DNA of 64,000 nucleotides from a virus. Both the position numbers and the translations under genes were made by a program. Under the pieces are notes generated by a model that worked only from the letters and a program-made list of their open reading frames with translations, was not told the origin of the DNA and did not search any database. Shown piece after piece: positions 29,248 through 38,643 of this stretch (positions are counted from its first letter, which is position 1; the number at the start of each line of letters is the position of its first letter). Where the stretch lies: IMG/VR virus record IMGVR_UViG_3300018080_000121, positions 1 through 64,000 of that record. One strand, 5' to 3'.

Positions 29248-29911
29248 AACGGGAGTCTCTAGACGCAGAGATCCGAAATAAAACACAGGAGGAAATGTAG
29301 TAATGAAGATGTTTAAATTATTTGGAATTTTTACAATTGTAGTTGCACTTATGTGCGCAGTACCTGCATTCGCAACAGAGGATGTAAAAGCAGTACCTGA
29401 TTCAGGCAACCCTGGTAAAATAGGGTTTGGATTTCATACATTAAGTTCTACTGAAGATACTTACGCGGGTGTAAGTATCCGAGGTTGGACTGACAGCTGG
29501 CTAGGAATGGAAGGAAATTTTTATTATTCAAATGCAGAAGTTAAAAATGAACAAGGTGTTCAAGCCGACGGAGATCTTGCGTTGTATGGCGTGAAGTTGA
29601 TGGCGGCTCCAGTACGTGCTGAACAATCTAAGTTTTATTTCTTTGGCGAAGGATTATGGGGTAAAATTGACGACATTGCTATTTCTGATAAAGCAGATAT
29701 AGCGACCTATGGCGCCGGTTTTGGTTTTGAATGGAACTTTGCTGGAGTACCAGAACTTGGAATTGATATTGAAACCGGGTATTATCTTACTGATACAGAT
29801 GGTACCATTGAACTTGAGAATGAAGATCAAGAGGTTAAAGTCGGCTTCGGAATGCACTATTACTTCGACTAACCATTAATCTAATTTCTCTGCGTCTAGA
29901 GAGTTTCGTTT
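29247..29911 (+). repeat. Inverted repeat pair flanking the beta-barrel gene
   Basis: TCTCTAGACGCAGAGA (29256-29271) is the exact reverse complement of 29887-29902; pairing extends 8 more bp with 2 G.U. Confidence 0.9.
29303..29872 (+). CDS. 8-stranded outer-membrane beta-barrel protein with Sec signal peptide
   Basis: Signal ending AFA; eight amphipathic Gly/aromatic strands; C-terminal KVGFGMHYYFD. Confidence 0.8.
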   Translation: MKMFKLFGIFTIVVALMCAVPAFATEDVKAVPDSGNPGKIGFGFHTLSSTEDTYAGVSIRGWTDSWLGMEGNFYYSNAEVKNEQGVQADGDLALYGVKLMAAPVRAEQSKFYFFGEGLWGKIDDIAISDKADIATYGAGFGFEWNFAGVPELGIDIETGYYLTDTDGTIELENEDQEVKVGFGMHYYFD

Positions 29912-29927
29912 GTAGAAAGGAGTACAT

Positions 29928-30332
29928 ATGGAATCAAAAATTAAGCAATTAGAAAAATGGATTAAAGAAGAACTGTGTCGATGGACTACTTATGAAAGAT
30001 TAGTTGATGATGTAAGTGGTGAGGGTAGTGATGTAGAACGAAAGTGGAGCTTTAAAATATATACTGATAGGTACGTATATAGATTTATAGCCATCGACCG
30101 ATATGGTAAAGACGGATATCTTGGTTGTCAAGTATCCTCCAGAAAAAAGAGAGCTGGTGAAAGCTGGACGAGGGGGAATGATTTACCTGATGGTCCTTTT
30201 ACTAGAGAAACGTGGGAGAGAATTAAAAATGATATGATTGGTTGGGAAATCGTCCCGACTGCATTTTACCCAAACCCTGAAACACTTTCTAGTGAACCAG
30301 CTCAAACAGTAGAGGAGGGAATTGGATGTTAA
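29928..30332 (+). CDS. Hypothetical protein
   Basis: SD AAGGAG. Confidence 0.7.
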   Translation: MESKIKQLEKWIKEELCRWTTYERLVDDVSGEGSDVERKWSFKIYTDRYVYRFIAIDRYGKDGYLGCQVSSRKKRAGESWTRGNDLPDGPFTRETWERIKNDMIGWEIVPTAFYPNPETLSSEPAQTVEEGIGC

Positions 30333-30535
30333 TACTTGAAGCAAAAGAAAAGTGTCCACATTCTGGTCGGTGTAAATACAATGTTGGAAATACGTGTTAT
30401 GGTGCAAGGAATGATCGGGATACCACATTCTCTTGTGAATATGTAGATTCTTCCGGTCGGATTACTGAGTTTGGTCAACAAAGACATCCAATGGACAAAA
30501 CAGGTAAAATGAAAGTTATAATGGAAGGTGCTTAA
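30326..30535 (+). CDS. Small Cys-rich protein
   Basis: CPHSGRC..C..C; SD GGAGG. Confidence 0.6.
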   Translation: MLILEAKEKCPHSGRCKYNVGNTCYGARNDRDTTFSCEYVDSSGRITEFGQQRHPMDKTGKMKVIMEGA

Positions 30536-30969
30536 TGAGTTTTGACAATAATGAATTAATCATCGCCGAGCTTCTCGAAGGGTTTAAAAAACAACGTGTA
30601 GATCTCGAAAAGATGATTGATGATGTCGAACAAATTAAAGAGAAGATAGATACGTTGTTTCCTGATAAGATAGAGAAAAGATTCAGAAATATCTTTGAAG
30701 AGAAAGTTAAAGCAGCATCATCTATGTTCAATGTTTTGTTGGACATCAGAAAAGAGTTAATTAAAAGTATGCGAGATGAGATTGAAATTCGTCGTCGTAT
30801 TACACTTGAATCGACAGGTGGAATGGAAGATATCATCGATGTCCGAGATTTAGCCACACAGGTTGAAAAGTTAAATAAGAAGAAGTTAAAAGTTGTGGAA
30901 AACGTGAAGGACAAGGGAGAGAAGAATGATGGTGGAAAAAGAGGAACAGAAAGTTCAGGAGCAAGATAG
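30535..30969 (+). CDS. Coiled-coil hypothetical protein
   Basis: TAATG-coupled helical ORF. Confidence 0.65.
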   Translation: MSFDNNELIIAELLEGFKKQRVDLEKMIDDVEQIKEKIDTLFPDKIEKRFRNIFEEKVKAASSMFNVLLDIRKELIKSMRDEIEIRRRITLESTGGMEDIIDVRDLATQVEKLNKKKLKVVENVKDKGEKNDGGKRGTESSGAR

Positions 30970-32146
30970 CGGTCCAGCTCAACCCACAAAAGAAGACCTG
31001 TCCAAAATGATGGAGAGTGTTTCTATTAATAAAGATGATGTTGAGATTGAGATTGACAAGGACGAGATTGAAAAGAAAGCAGAAAATGTAGGAGTTGATC
31101 CTGAAACCCTTGCTCTCTATGAAGAGTTTGGTAGTTTCTTAAAAGTTAAAGCTGACATTACGGAAGACACAGGGGTAAAAGCTGTTATCCCTACAGGGAT
31201 TGATGTTCTAGATGGCGCACTCGGTGGTGGATTTGCTGTTGGTACAATGAGTCAAATTGTTGGAAATCCTGGAAGTGGTAAAAGTATGTTAGCTATCCAG
31301 ACAATGGGTTCTGCTCAAAAAGAATATAAGGGTTGTTTAGCATCATTTTTAGACTCAGAAGAAGCCACGACCTCATTAAGACTTTCAAATCTTGGAGTTA
31401 AATATCCTCCAATTAAACCATATACAGATGTGACAGTTGAAAAAGTTTTCAAACATCTTGAAACTATGTGTCTCTTTAAAGAACAAAAGAACATAGTCGA
31501 TGTACCATCTGTAGTGTGCTGGGATTCAATAGCAAATACCCTCTCAGAAAAAGAAAGAGAAGTCGAGGATATTAATTCTGTTATTGGGTACAAAGCAAGA
31601 TTGTTAAGCATTCTAGTTCCAAAATATGTTGCGAAATGTTCAAAGTATGGAATAGCATGGATTACTGTAAATCAAATGCGAGATCAATTAGCAATTGGTC
31701 CTTATTCTGCACCAAAAGAACTAAGATATCTCAGTACCGGAAAAACTCTACCTGGTGGAAATGTACTAAAGTTTAATGCGTTTACACTTCTAGAGTTGAA
31801 AGCAAAAGCCGCTTTAGATCCTGAGAAGATGGGGTTTGAAGGAATGATGGTTACAGCTACAACTGTTAAAAATAAACTGATGCCACCTAATATAGTTGTT
31901 GAATTGATAGGAGATTTTGTAAGGGGATTTAACAACTTCAGAACGAGTTATAACTTCTTAGTAAAAGAAAAGAGACTTGTTTCAGGTGCGTGGAACTACT
32001 TGAAAAGTTATAAAGATAAGAAGTTTCGTACCAAAGATGCTGAGATTTTGTACTACGAAGATGAGAACTTTAGAAAAGCATTTGACGAAGCAACACAAGA
32101 AGCAATTCAAACGGAGATCATACAAAAATATAATCCTAAACTCTAA
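30926..32146 (+). CDS. RecA/UvsX-like recombinase
   Basis: PTGIDVLD, GNPGSGKS, LDSEEA, WDSIA, VNQMR, GGNVLKF, KNKL. Confidence 0.85.
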   Translation: MMVEKEEQKVQEQDSGPAQPTKEDLSKMMESVSINKDDVEIEIDKDEIEKKAENVGVDPETLALYEEFGSFLKVKADITEDTGVKAVIPTGIDVLDGALGGGFAVGTMSQIVGNPGSGKSMLAIQTMGSAQKEYKGCLASFLDSEEATTSLRLSNLGVKYPPIKPYTDVTVEKVFKHLETMCLFKEQKNIVDVPSVVCWDSIANTLSEKEREVEDINSVIGYKARLLSILVPKYVAKCSKYGIAWITVNQMRDQLAIGPYSAPKELRYLSTGKTLPGGNVLKFNAFTLLELKAKAALDPEKMGFEGMMVTATTVKNKLMPPNIVVELIGDFVRGFNNFRTSYNFLVKEKRLVSGAWNYLKSYKDKKFRTKDAEILYYEDENFRKAFDEATQEAIQTEIIQKYNPKL

Positions 32147-32187
32147 CTAGATTTCTCCAAGTTTCCCTCTAACAAGCGTATGATTTT

Positions 32188-32195
32188 AGAACAAA
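32188..32195 (+). promoter_or_regulatory. AGAACAAA motif (candidate late promoter)
   Basis: Intergenic, upstream of the KH/head/baseplate operon. Confidence 0.5.
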
Positions 32196-32238
32196 TTACA
32201 AAATTGAATTACGCTAACAATTTGAAGGGGGAAATGTT

Positions 32239-32538
32239 ATGAAGCAGATGTCAGACTTGCTGCGCGATTATGTTGAAGATACCGTTAAACGACTTGTGGA
32301 CAACCCAAACGAAGTCTCGATTTTTATTACCGTATCTACAAAATCAGTGATTGTACAAATAAAGAGTAAACAAGAAGATCTGGGAAAAATCATTGGTAAG
32401 AAAGGTAGAACCATTGATGCTCTTAAGATCATAACATTAGCAATAAAAAACACACATTTTCCACGAGATACGCGGCGTGTGTCGTTGGAAATAATTGAGG
32501 ATGAAAACTCAAATTTTATGGATCTAAATAAAGGCTAG
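32239..32538 (+). CDS. khpA: Single KH-domain RNA-binding protein (KhpA/YlqC-like)
   Basis: LVDNP.EV and DLGKIIGKKGRTIDALK GxxG loop. Confidence 0.85.
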   Translation: MKQMSDLLRDYVEDTVKRLVDNPNEVSIFITVSTKSVIVQIKSKQEDLGKIIGKKGRTIDALKIITLAIKNTHFPRDTRRVSLEIIEDENSNFMDLNKG

Positions 32539-32566
32539 GTAAATTGATATAAGGAGGACTTTCACG

Positions 32567-33130
32567 ATGTTACAGAAAGAAAGTAAGATCAGAGTTCTTG
32601 AGAACTTTTACTCACTGGACTATGTTTTCTTTGGAAAACCAGTAAAGAAAATGCAGGCCTGTTGTCCATCTCTGATCGAAGATTACATTACAGTTAAAGG
32701 TGCATTGATGTCCTTAATGATTGAAATGTATAAACTGATAGATCATAAACCTGAAGCGATTGACGGTGTAGTCACGTCTGAAGGTTTAGCTGAGACAGCA
32801 AGAGAAAATGCTAAAATTGCCCGAGAAAACGCACACCACTTAGTTCATTCCGACAAAGGTCGACAAGACATTAAAGAAGAACTAAGGAATAGTATTACCG
32901 AAGATAGTGATATCAACATCGAAGAAGAGGTAAAAGACAAAATTAGAGAAAAAGCTTTCTCTCTCGCAATCGACAATATTCTCATTGGTAGAGCAGTCAC
33001 CGAATCTGATCAAATTGAAGTACTCAATGATTGGGAAGGGAAGATTGTAGAGGACGCCTATAAGGTTCTAAGAGATAGCTTGGTAGAAAGTGCTATGTTT
33101 GTCTTAGAAGCGGATGAACTCCTTGAATAA
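32567..33130 (+). CDS. Acidic hypothetical, possible head core/scaffold protein
   Basis: Glu-rich helical ORF with MLQKE-S leader. Confidence 0.5.
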   Translation: MLQKESKIRVLENFYSLDYVFFGKPVKKMQACCPSLIEDYITVKGALMSLMIEMYKLIDHKPEAIDGVVTSEGLAETARENAKIARENAHHLVHSDKGRQDIKEELRNSITEDSDINIEEEVKDKIREKAFSLAIDNILIGRAVTESDQIEVLNDWEGKIVEDAYKVLRDSLVESAMFVLEADELLE

Positions 33131-34019
33131 TGATTATGGAGAACTTGTAAAATATCTCGAGTCACAATTACCGACAGAAAAGGAGATTCCTGATGAATCT
33201 CCTGAACAAGTTTCTGACAATACTCAGAAATTAATCCGAGAATCTTTTGAGGATATACATTCGGATGTCCAGATGGGTACACCGAATGTTACCTCAAAGG
33301 GTTTCGATGTAGGTCGTTTCGAATCTCTTATGAGAGCTCAATTAGTCGGCGACCATAAAAAGATTCAGACCTATGAAAGACCTTATATATCAGTTACCGA
33401 GTTGATTTCTTGTATACGTAAGAGTTATTACAGTCGAATGAAATATCAAATCGACGTTGCACAACAATACTCATTTGCGTATCTATATTTGATCAATAAA
33501 GTCGGGAACGCGGTACATGACGTAATTCAATCTTTATATGATCATACAGAGATTGAAAAAACTATTGTCAGTGAGAAGTTTAAGGTAAAAGGTAGAGTCG
33601 ATGGCATTCGAGACAATTTTCTACTTGAGTACAAAACAATAGATGAGCGAAAATTTAAAGGTGCGTATTTACCAAGTCATTATCATCAAGGACTAATTTA
33701 TGCGTATATATTGAATACTGAGTATGGCTATAACATTGATACAATAACAATAGTCTATATAGTTAGATCACTCAAACGAGTTGTCCCCTTTGACCTACCT
33801 CTCAAAGATGACCTTTCTGTCGACTTCTTAAAAAGGTCTCTTATCCTTCATTCATGTCTTACTGACCAGATAGTTCCAGATCCGATTGGTGCAGATAAGG
33901 AGCAGTGTACGTATTGCTCTTATAAAAAATACTGTAAGAAAGATCATACTGAGATGCTAAGACCGTTTGCACAGACGGCAAAGAAAAACATGAAGCCGAA
34001 GACAGCGTTCTTGTTGTAA
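33114..34019 (+). CDS. Cas4-like PD-(D/E)xK exonuclease
   Basis: SVTELISC, GNAVH, GRVDG..LLEYKT, QGLIY, CTYCSYKKYC Fe-S cysteines. Confidence 0.8.
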   Translation: MNSLNNDYGELVKYLESQLPTEKEIPDESPEQVSDNTQKLIRESFEDIHSDVQMGTPNVTSKGFDVGRFESLMRAQLVGDHKKIQTYERPYISVTELISCIRKSYYSRMKYQIDVAQQYSFAYLYLINKVGNAVHDVIQSLYDHTEIEKTIVSEKFKVKGRVDGIRDNFLLEYKTIDERKFKGAYLPSHYHQGLIYAYILNTEYGYNIDTITIVYIVRSLKRVVPFDLPLKDDLSVDFLKRSLILHSCLTDQIVPDPIGADKEQCTYCSYKKYCKKDHTEMLRPFAQTAKKNMKPKTAFLL

Positions 34020-34034
34020 TATTGGAGGAACAAC

Positions 34035-35846
34035 ATGATAGTTATTTACCCTATGATAGTTTCGAAGTCGGTTAATCCTAATGTTCTTCCTGGTGTATGT
34101 AAAGCGCTGGAAAAATACCTTATTGTTAACAAGATGGATAAGATTGTTGATAATGTAAATAAACAAGCTGGTTCAAAGAAGGAAGTTATTAAGTTAGCAA
34201 AAGGTAAACTGACTATGGAGTCAGTAGAAGAGATCCAGGAAGATAGACCTAAAGGTTCAACTGTTGGAAAAAAAGGGACAACGGCAACAGGAACTAGAGG
34301 TCAAAGTAGTGTTGGGGCAGGATTACCAGGAACTTCATCTGGGCAACGTGCAGGTGGGCGAACTGTTTCTGCACAAGCTGATGCCGAGGGTGGTAAAGGC
34401 GGAATGGCTTGGTCTGCTGGTGGAGCAGGTGGTACAGGACATGGGGGTCTTGCTATAGCTGTAGCACCAACTCCTGAAAAACCAAAAGAGAGACCACCAG
34501 AAGCTAGAGCTACAGCAAGGTTTGATACAAAAATTGATAGTAGAGCTATTACCGTAGAACCTACGACAATTTCAATTGACACTGTTAAAGGTACTCTATA
34601 TCTTGGTATCAAAGTTGTTCCTTATATTGTAAACAATGATACATCACTAATACGTTTGTTAATGAACGATAGATATAGAAGCAAAGCAAGCGCCAACGTT
34701 CAATGGCAAACAAGACGAATTCTTAAAATGATGTGGGGGTTCGCAAATAGGTTCTGGAAGTATACAGTTGGTTTGTTCCATCAAACTGGTCTAGTAGGGC
34801 AAGAGTTATACACGGGAACTCTTACAGGTGATTGGAAAAAAGATGTAATCATTGGAACAACAAAATTTGATAAAAATTTATTCATTCTTGTAAATCAAAC
34901 AGATTTAAAGAGTGACTTTTTATATGATGCAAGTAAAGTTAAGAGATTGTTTAAATTAATGTGGCCATCTCTCATGGTTGCAGATGAAGTTAATCAGAGA
35001 ATGCACTTTTGTATGGACGAATATAAAGGAATGTGTTCAGTAGTTAACTATGGATATTTGTATGCCCTTAGTAGAGAGACGGTACAAGCGTATGAAAAAA
35101 TTACTGATGTACAGAGGTCCGCAGCCTCAGTATTTCGGATGAAGGGGAGATTAACTAACATGATACGCGATGACATTGCATACGATAAATATCTTAAGTA
35201 TTCAAGGGTCAATTTGGTATCAGAATCCGTGGGGTCGCCCATAGTTTCTCGTGTTATGAAAGATATCAAATCTGCGCCAAAGAAGTACAAACAAATATTT
35301 AATGATATGTTGAAAGCGTCACAAAGAAGAGACATGAAAGGTTTGATGTCTTCTGCAAATAAATTAGGAAAGTTTACAATTGATTTTGCTTCACTACAAC
35401 CTATAATGAGAGCTGTTGATGGAAATTACGACAGGGTGTATAAATTTACAGATAAAGTATTTGCAAATTCACTACCCGAAATTCCTTCAGCGCTTCGAAG
35501 TGCAGGTGCTTCATTTCTTGCATTTGCTTCACTTGGAGCAGACAACCCAATGTCTGAAGTTAAAAAGAACATTAAGAAGGTTGTAGTTGATACAAGAAAG
35601 AGTATGAAAAAGAAAGTTGGGGATGAAGATTTTGATAGAGAGATGATGTATGCTTTTGTATTTGGTATTATTTCTACAGGTATTGTAGCTGCAGCCGCTG
35701 TAGCTATTATTCCACCTGTTGTATCATTTGTTGCATCGATTACAGGTACTATAAGCTGGATTGTAACAATTGCTGTTCTTGCAATTGCGTCAGTGACAGT
35801 ATTGAGTATCTTCCAATCTCTTGGTTTTATTCCAGGAGGTAAATAA
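34035..35846 (+). CDS. 603-aa protein with Gly-rich linker and C-terminal transmembrane hairpin; possible ejection protein
   Basis: Gly/Ala/Thr-rich region about residues 70-145; two long hydrophobic segments at the C-terminus. Confidence 0.5.
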   Translation: MIVIYPMIVSKSVNPNVLPGVCKALEKYLIVNKMDKIVDNVNKQAGSKKEVIKLAKGKLTMESVEEIQEDRPKGSTVGKKGTTATGTRGQSSVGAGLPGTSSGQRAGGRTVSAQADAEGGKGGMAWSAGGAGGTGHGGLAIAVAPTPEKPKERPPEARATARFDTKIDSRAITVEPTTISIDTVKGTLYLGIKVVPYIVNNDTSLIRLLMNDRYRSKASANVQWQTRRILKMMWGFANRFWKYTVGLFHQTGLVGQELYTGTLTGDWKKDVIIGTTKFDKNLFILVNQTDLKSDFLYDASKVKRLFKLMWPSLMVADEVNQRMHFCMDEYKGMCSVVNYGYLYALSRETVQAYEKITDVQRSAASVFRMKGRLTNMIRDDIAYDKYLKYSRVNLVSESVGSPIVSRVMKDIKSAPKKYKQIFNDMLKASQRRDMKGLMSSANKLGKFTIDFASLQPIMRAVDGNYDRVYKFTDKVFANSLPEIPSALRSAGASFLAFASLGADNPMSEVKKNIKKVVVDTRKSMKKKVGDEDFDREMMYAFVFGIISTGIVAAAAVAIIPPVVSFVASITGTISWIVTIAVLAIASVTVLSIFQSLGFIPGGK

Positions 35847-36445
35847 TGGATGAATTAAAAGTTAATGTAGAAGGTTTAGAGTTGTATAGTGATCAATATC
35901 CTTTTCGTCTTCCCCTTCGGATTAGGACTTTTGAGAGCGAAGCTGACTACATGAAATTCATTCGTAATGTTGAGAGGCATGTTAGAAATAGTATAGAATA
36001 TAGATTGTGGAAGAATTATATCATTGATGTTCTTGGTGTGACTTGTTGCATGGTCACTGAAGAAAGAATGGATCAATGTTCTGTAGAAGTTCACCATCAT
36101 GTTCCTTCATTATTTGTTTTGGTAAAGGCGTTGGTAAATGAAAAAATTGAAAAAGAAGAAGAGTTTTCTTCATTTGATATTGCATTAGACGCAATTGAAA
36201 TACACTTTCAAAATCAAGTGGGTTATGTAACTCTTGTAAAGAGTATACATGAAAAATTTCATAATGGATTTCTAAAAATCCCAAGTTCCCTTATAAGGGG
36301 AAACTATCAAGCGTTTATGGAGTCTTATGTAAAATATCTAGATGATGAAGATCTTGATGTTATTAATAATCGACTCGCTGTAAATGAAGGTAATTGCGGA
36401 TGGGGTAGAGACAACTATCCTGCACTTCAAAAAGGTTCTTCATAA
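35846..36445 (+). CDS. HNH-like (His-Me finger) protein
   Basis: CMVT..EVHHH..IHEKFH pattern. Confidence 0.45.
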   Translation: MDELKVNVEGLELYSDQYPFRLPLRIRTFESEADYMKFIRNVERHVRNSIEYRLWKNYIIDVLGVTCCMVTEERMDQCSVEVHHHVPSLFVLVKALVNEKIEKEEEFSSFDIALDAIEIHFQNQVGYVTLVKSIHEKFHNGFLKIPSSLIRGNYQAFMESYVKYLDDEDLDVINNRLAVNEGNCGWGRDNYPALQKGSS

Positions 36446-36457
36446 TAGAGGAAATTT

Positions 36458-36856
36458 ATGCCGTTCACAATTGATACAGAGAGCAATCAAAATCAAGCTC
36501 TATCTCTTGACTTAGATTATATGTCTGAGAGATATCTTACTGAGACTGGTTTGTTTTCTTTTCCATCACCTAGTCTATGGGTATTAGAACAGAACTTATA
36601 TTTCTTACTTAGAAATTCAACAAAGAAAACATTTGAGTCAAAATATGAGATGCGTCCAGATTATCTATCATATGATGAATATGGAACTGTTGTTCTGGCT
36701 CCTTTATTAATGTATGTGAATGGAATTTTTACAATTGAAGATTTTACAATGAATGAGGTTGTGATTCCTAGTTTTTCTTATATACTGGAGATTGTGGAGG
36801 ACCGTTTTATTTCAAAAGATAAACCTGAATCTGAGTTAGAAGCAGTCGATTGGTAA
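36458..36856 (+). CDS. Baseplate wedge protein (T4 gp53 / LysM-like)
   Basis: RPDYLSYDEYG...LLMYVNGI..IED....VIP. Confidence 0.7.
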   Translation: MPFTIDTESNQNQALSLDLDYMSERYLTETGLFSFPSPSLWVLEQNLYFLLRNSTKKTFESKYEMRPDYLSYDEYGTVVLAPLLMYVNGIFTIEDFTMNEVVIPSFSYILEIVEDRFISKDKPESELEAVDW

Positions 36857-36869
36857 CATTGGGGGACAG

Positions 36870-37754
36870 ATGATAATATTAGATAAGTTTACACTTTTAA
36901 AAGATGTACCTAATGTCCTTCATTTGTCAGAAAATGTACTTAAAGCGAACTCTGTAAGAAATGCAAATGATACAGTAAAATCAATTATGGGTATCATGGA
37001 AAAAAGAATTACACACTTTGCTACGAAGCCTGTCTTTAAGTATGTTAAAAAAGGTAAGTTCCATATTGTATACACACCTAGTTATAATCTTCCTGTTTCT
37101 TACAATATTCCAACCAAAGGAATTGTGATCAATTTAGCTTCGTTTAATGTAAGAGATGTGACTCCTACAAATCCAAGTCCTCGAGATTTATATGCATGCT
37201 TTGCGTATGGAATTTGTTTTATGAAGATGGTCACAGGAAAAGCTAAATTTCCCGACAAATTCTCTTCTGTAATTTCAACATATTTAATGACTGTATTTTT
37301 TAGAATCTTTGGAAAAGAATATGGTCTCCTTGGACGCTACTCCACCCAAATACCCAAGCTCAAATTTCTAACTTCGTGTTATATCAATGCGTCATTCTTT
37401 GGAATTAAAGGAGATTCAAATTATAGAAGAGCTAGTATGGAGACAGGTATAGATTATAGAGATGTAAAATCACAACTGGATAAGTTTAAATTTGATAACA
37501 TTGATGACTTTATCAACGCGTTGTCAGACTTTAAAGTATTTCCTGGTATTTCTAAGTATCATTTTACATCAAAACTCTTAAAGATGTTAACTATTAATTT
37601 TCTTCCAGCTATAGAAGATTGTTCTAGATTTACATCTGTTCTGACAGCATCTAGTGTTCCAGGAGTGACATTTATACCTTCAGCTTTGATAAGATACAAT
37701 GAAGATGAATTTGACAAGGTAATGAAAATTTCTCAGACAATATTTAGTAGGTGA
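36870..37754 (+). CDS. Hypothetical protein
   Basis: Long ORF in the structural operon. Confidence 0.7.
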   Translation: MIILDKFTLLKDVPNVLHLSENVLKANSVRNANDTVKSIMGIMEKRITHFATKPVFKYVKKGKFHIVYTPSYNLPVSYNIPTKGIVINLASFNVRDVTPTNPSPRDLYACFAYGICFMKMVTGKAKFPDKFSSVISTYLMTVFFRIFGKEYGLLGRYSTQIPKLKFLTSCYINASFFGIKGDSNYRRASMETGIDYRDVKSQLDKFKFDNIDDFINALSDFKVFPGISKYHFTSKLLKMLTINFLPAIEDCSRFTSVLTASSVPGVTFIPSALIRYNEDEFDKVMKISQTIFSR

Positions 37755-37758
37755 AATA

Positions 37759-38643
37759 ATGGATTCTTCGAATAGACTTCTTGGCTTTTATAGGGCAAAA
37801 GTGGTGAACAATAGGGATCCAGAAAAACAGGGTCGAGTAATTGTATGGATTCCTGCTATTATGCCTGAGGTTGAAGACACGAAAGGACTATGGGCAAGAC
37901 CTGGAAATAATCCTGTGGGCGGGAGGAATATGCAAGGAGATTCCGCTCATCATAATATGGGAACATGTTATGTCCCACAAGTGGGTAGTTGGGTTTTTGT
38001 ATTTTTTGAAGCCGGAAATATTGATTCGCCATACTATTTTGGTTCTCTTGATATTGGAAATACAAAATCATTACCTGAATGTCAAGACGCAGAATATTGG
38101 AATAAATGGGTTGTGTTTAAAAGTCCACAAGGTCGGTGTGTAGTTATTTCTGATGACCCAAATGATGAAAGAATTGAAATTACAGGAAAGAAAAGACAGA
38201 TTTCAGAACCACCAACTGGAGATGTTCCTTCAGTCTACAATATAGATGATAATCAAACGACTATTTTACTTGATGAAAAATCAGGTCGAGAAAAACTCTT
38301 AATCAGGACGTATAAGGGTGATTTCATTCATATTGATATAGACTCTCAAAAGTTACAATGTTTCTTTGAAGGTGATATTGTGATTGAGAGTGGAGGAAGC
38401 ATTCATATTACTGCTGAAAAGGACGTAAAAGTAAAAGCAGGAATGAATATGCACCTACAATCTGTTCAAGCTATGCATCAAAAGAGTGGAATGAATACGC
38501 ATCATGAATCTGGGGCAGAACATCATACAAAAGTAGCCGGTACTATCAATCGAGATGGGGCGTCAATAAGTGATAACGGCGGGGCAGCTCAACAAGCTGT
38601 TGAACCAAATCCAGACCTTCCAGTAGGTGAAAGGAGCACATAA
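37759..38643 (+). CDS. Baseplate hub/spike protein (gp5/VgrG OB-fold + beta-helix), no lysozyme domain
   Basis: YRAKVVNNRDPEKQGRV, WARP, VPQVGSWVFVFFEAGNIDSPYYFG, C-terminal 8-residue beta repeats. Confidence 0.85.
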   Translation: MDSSNRLLGFYRAKVVNNRDPEKQGRVIVWIPAIMPEVEDTKGLWARPGNNPVGGRNMQGDSAHHNMGTCYVPQVGSWVFVFFEAGNIDSPYYFGSLDIGNTKSLPECQDAEYWNKWVVFKSPQGRCVVISDDPNDERIEITGKKRQISEPPTGDVPSVYNIDDNQTTILLDEKSGREKLLIRTYKGDFIHIDIDSQKLQCFFEGDIVIESGGSIHITAEKDVKVKAGMNMHLQSVQAMHQKSGMNTHHESGAEHHTKVAGTINRDGASISDNGGAAQQAVEPNPDLPVGERST

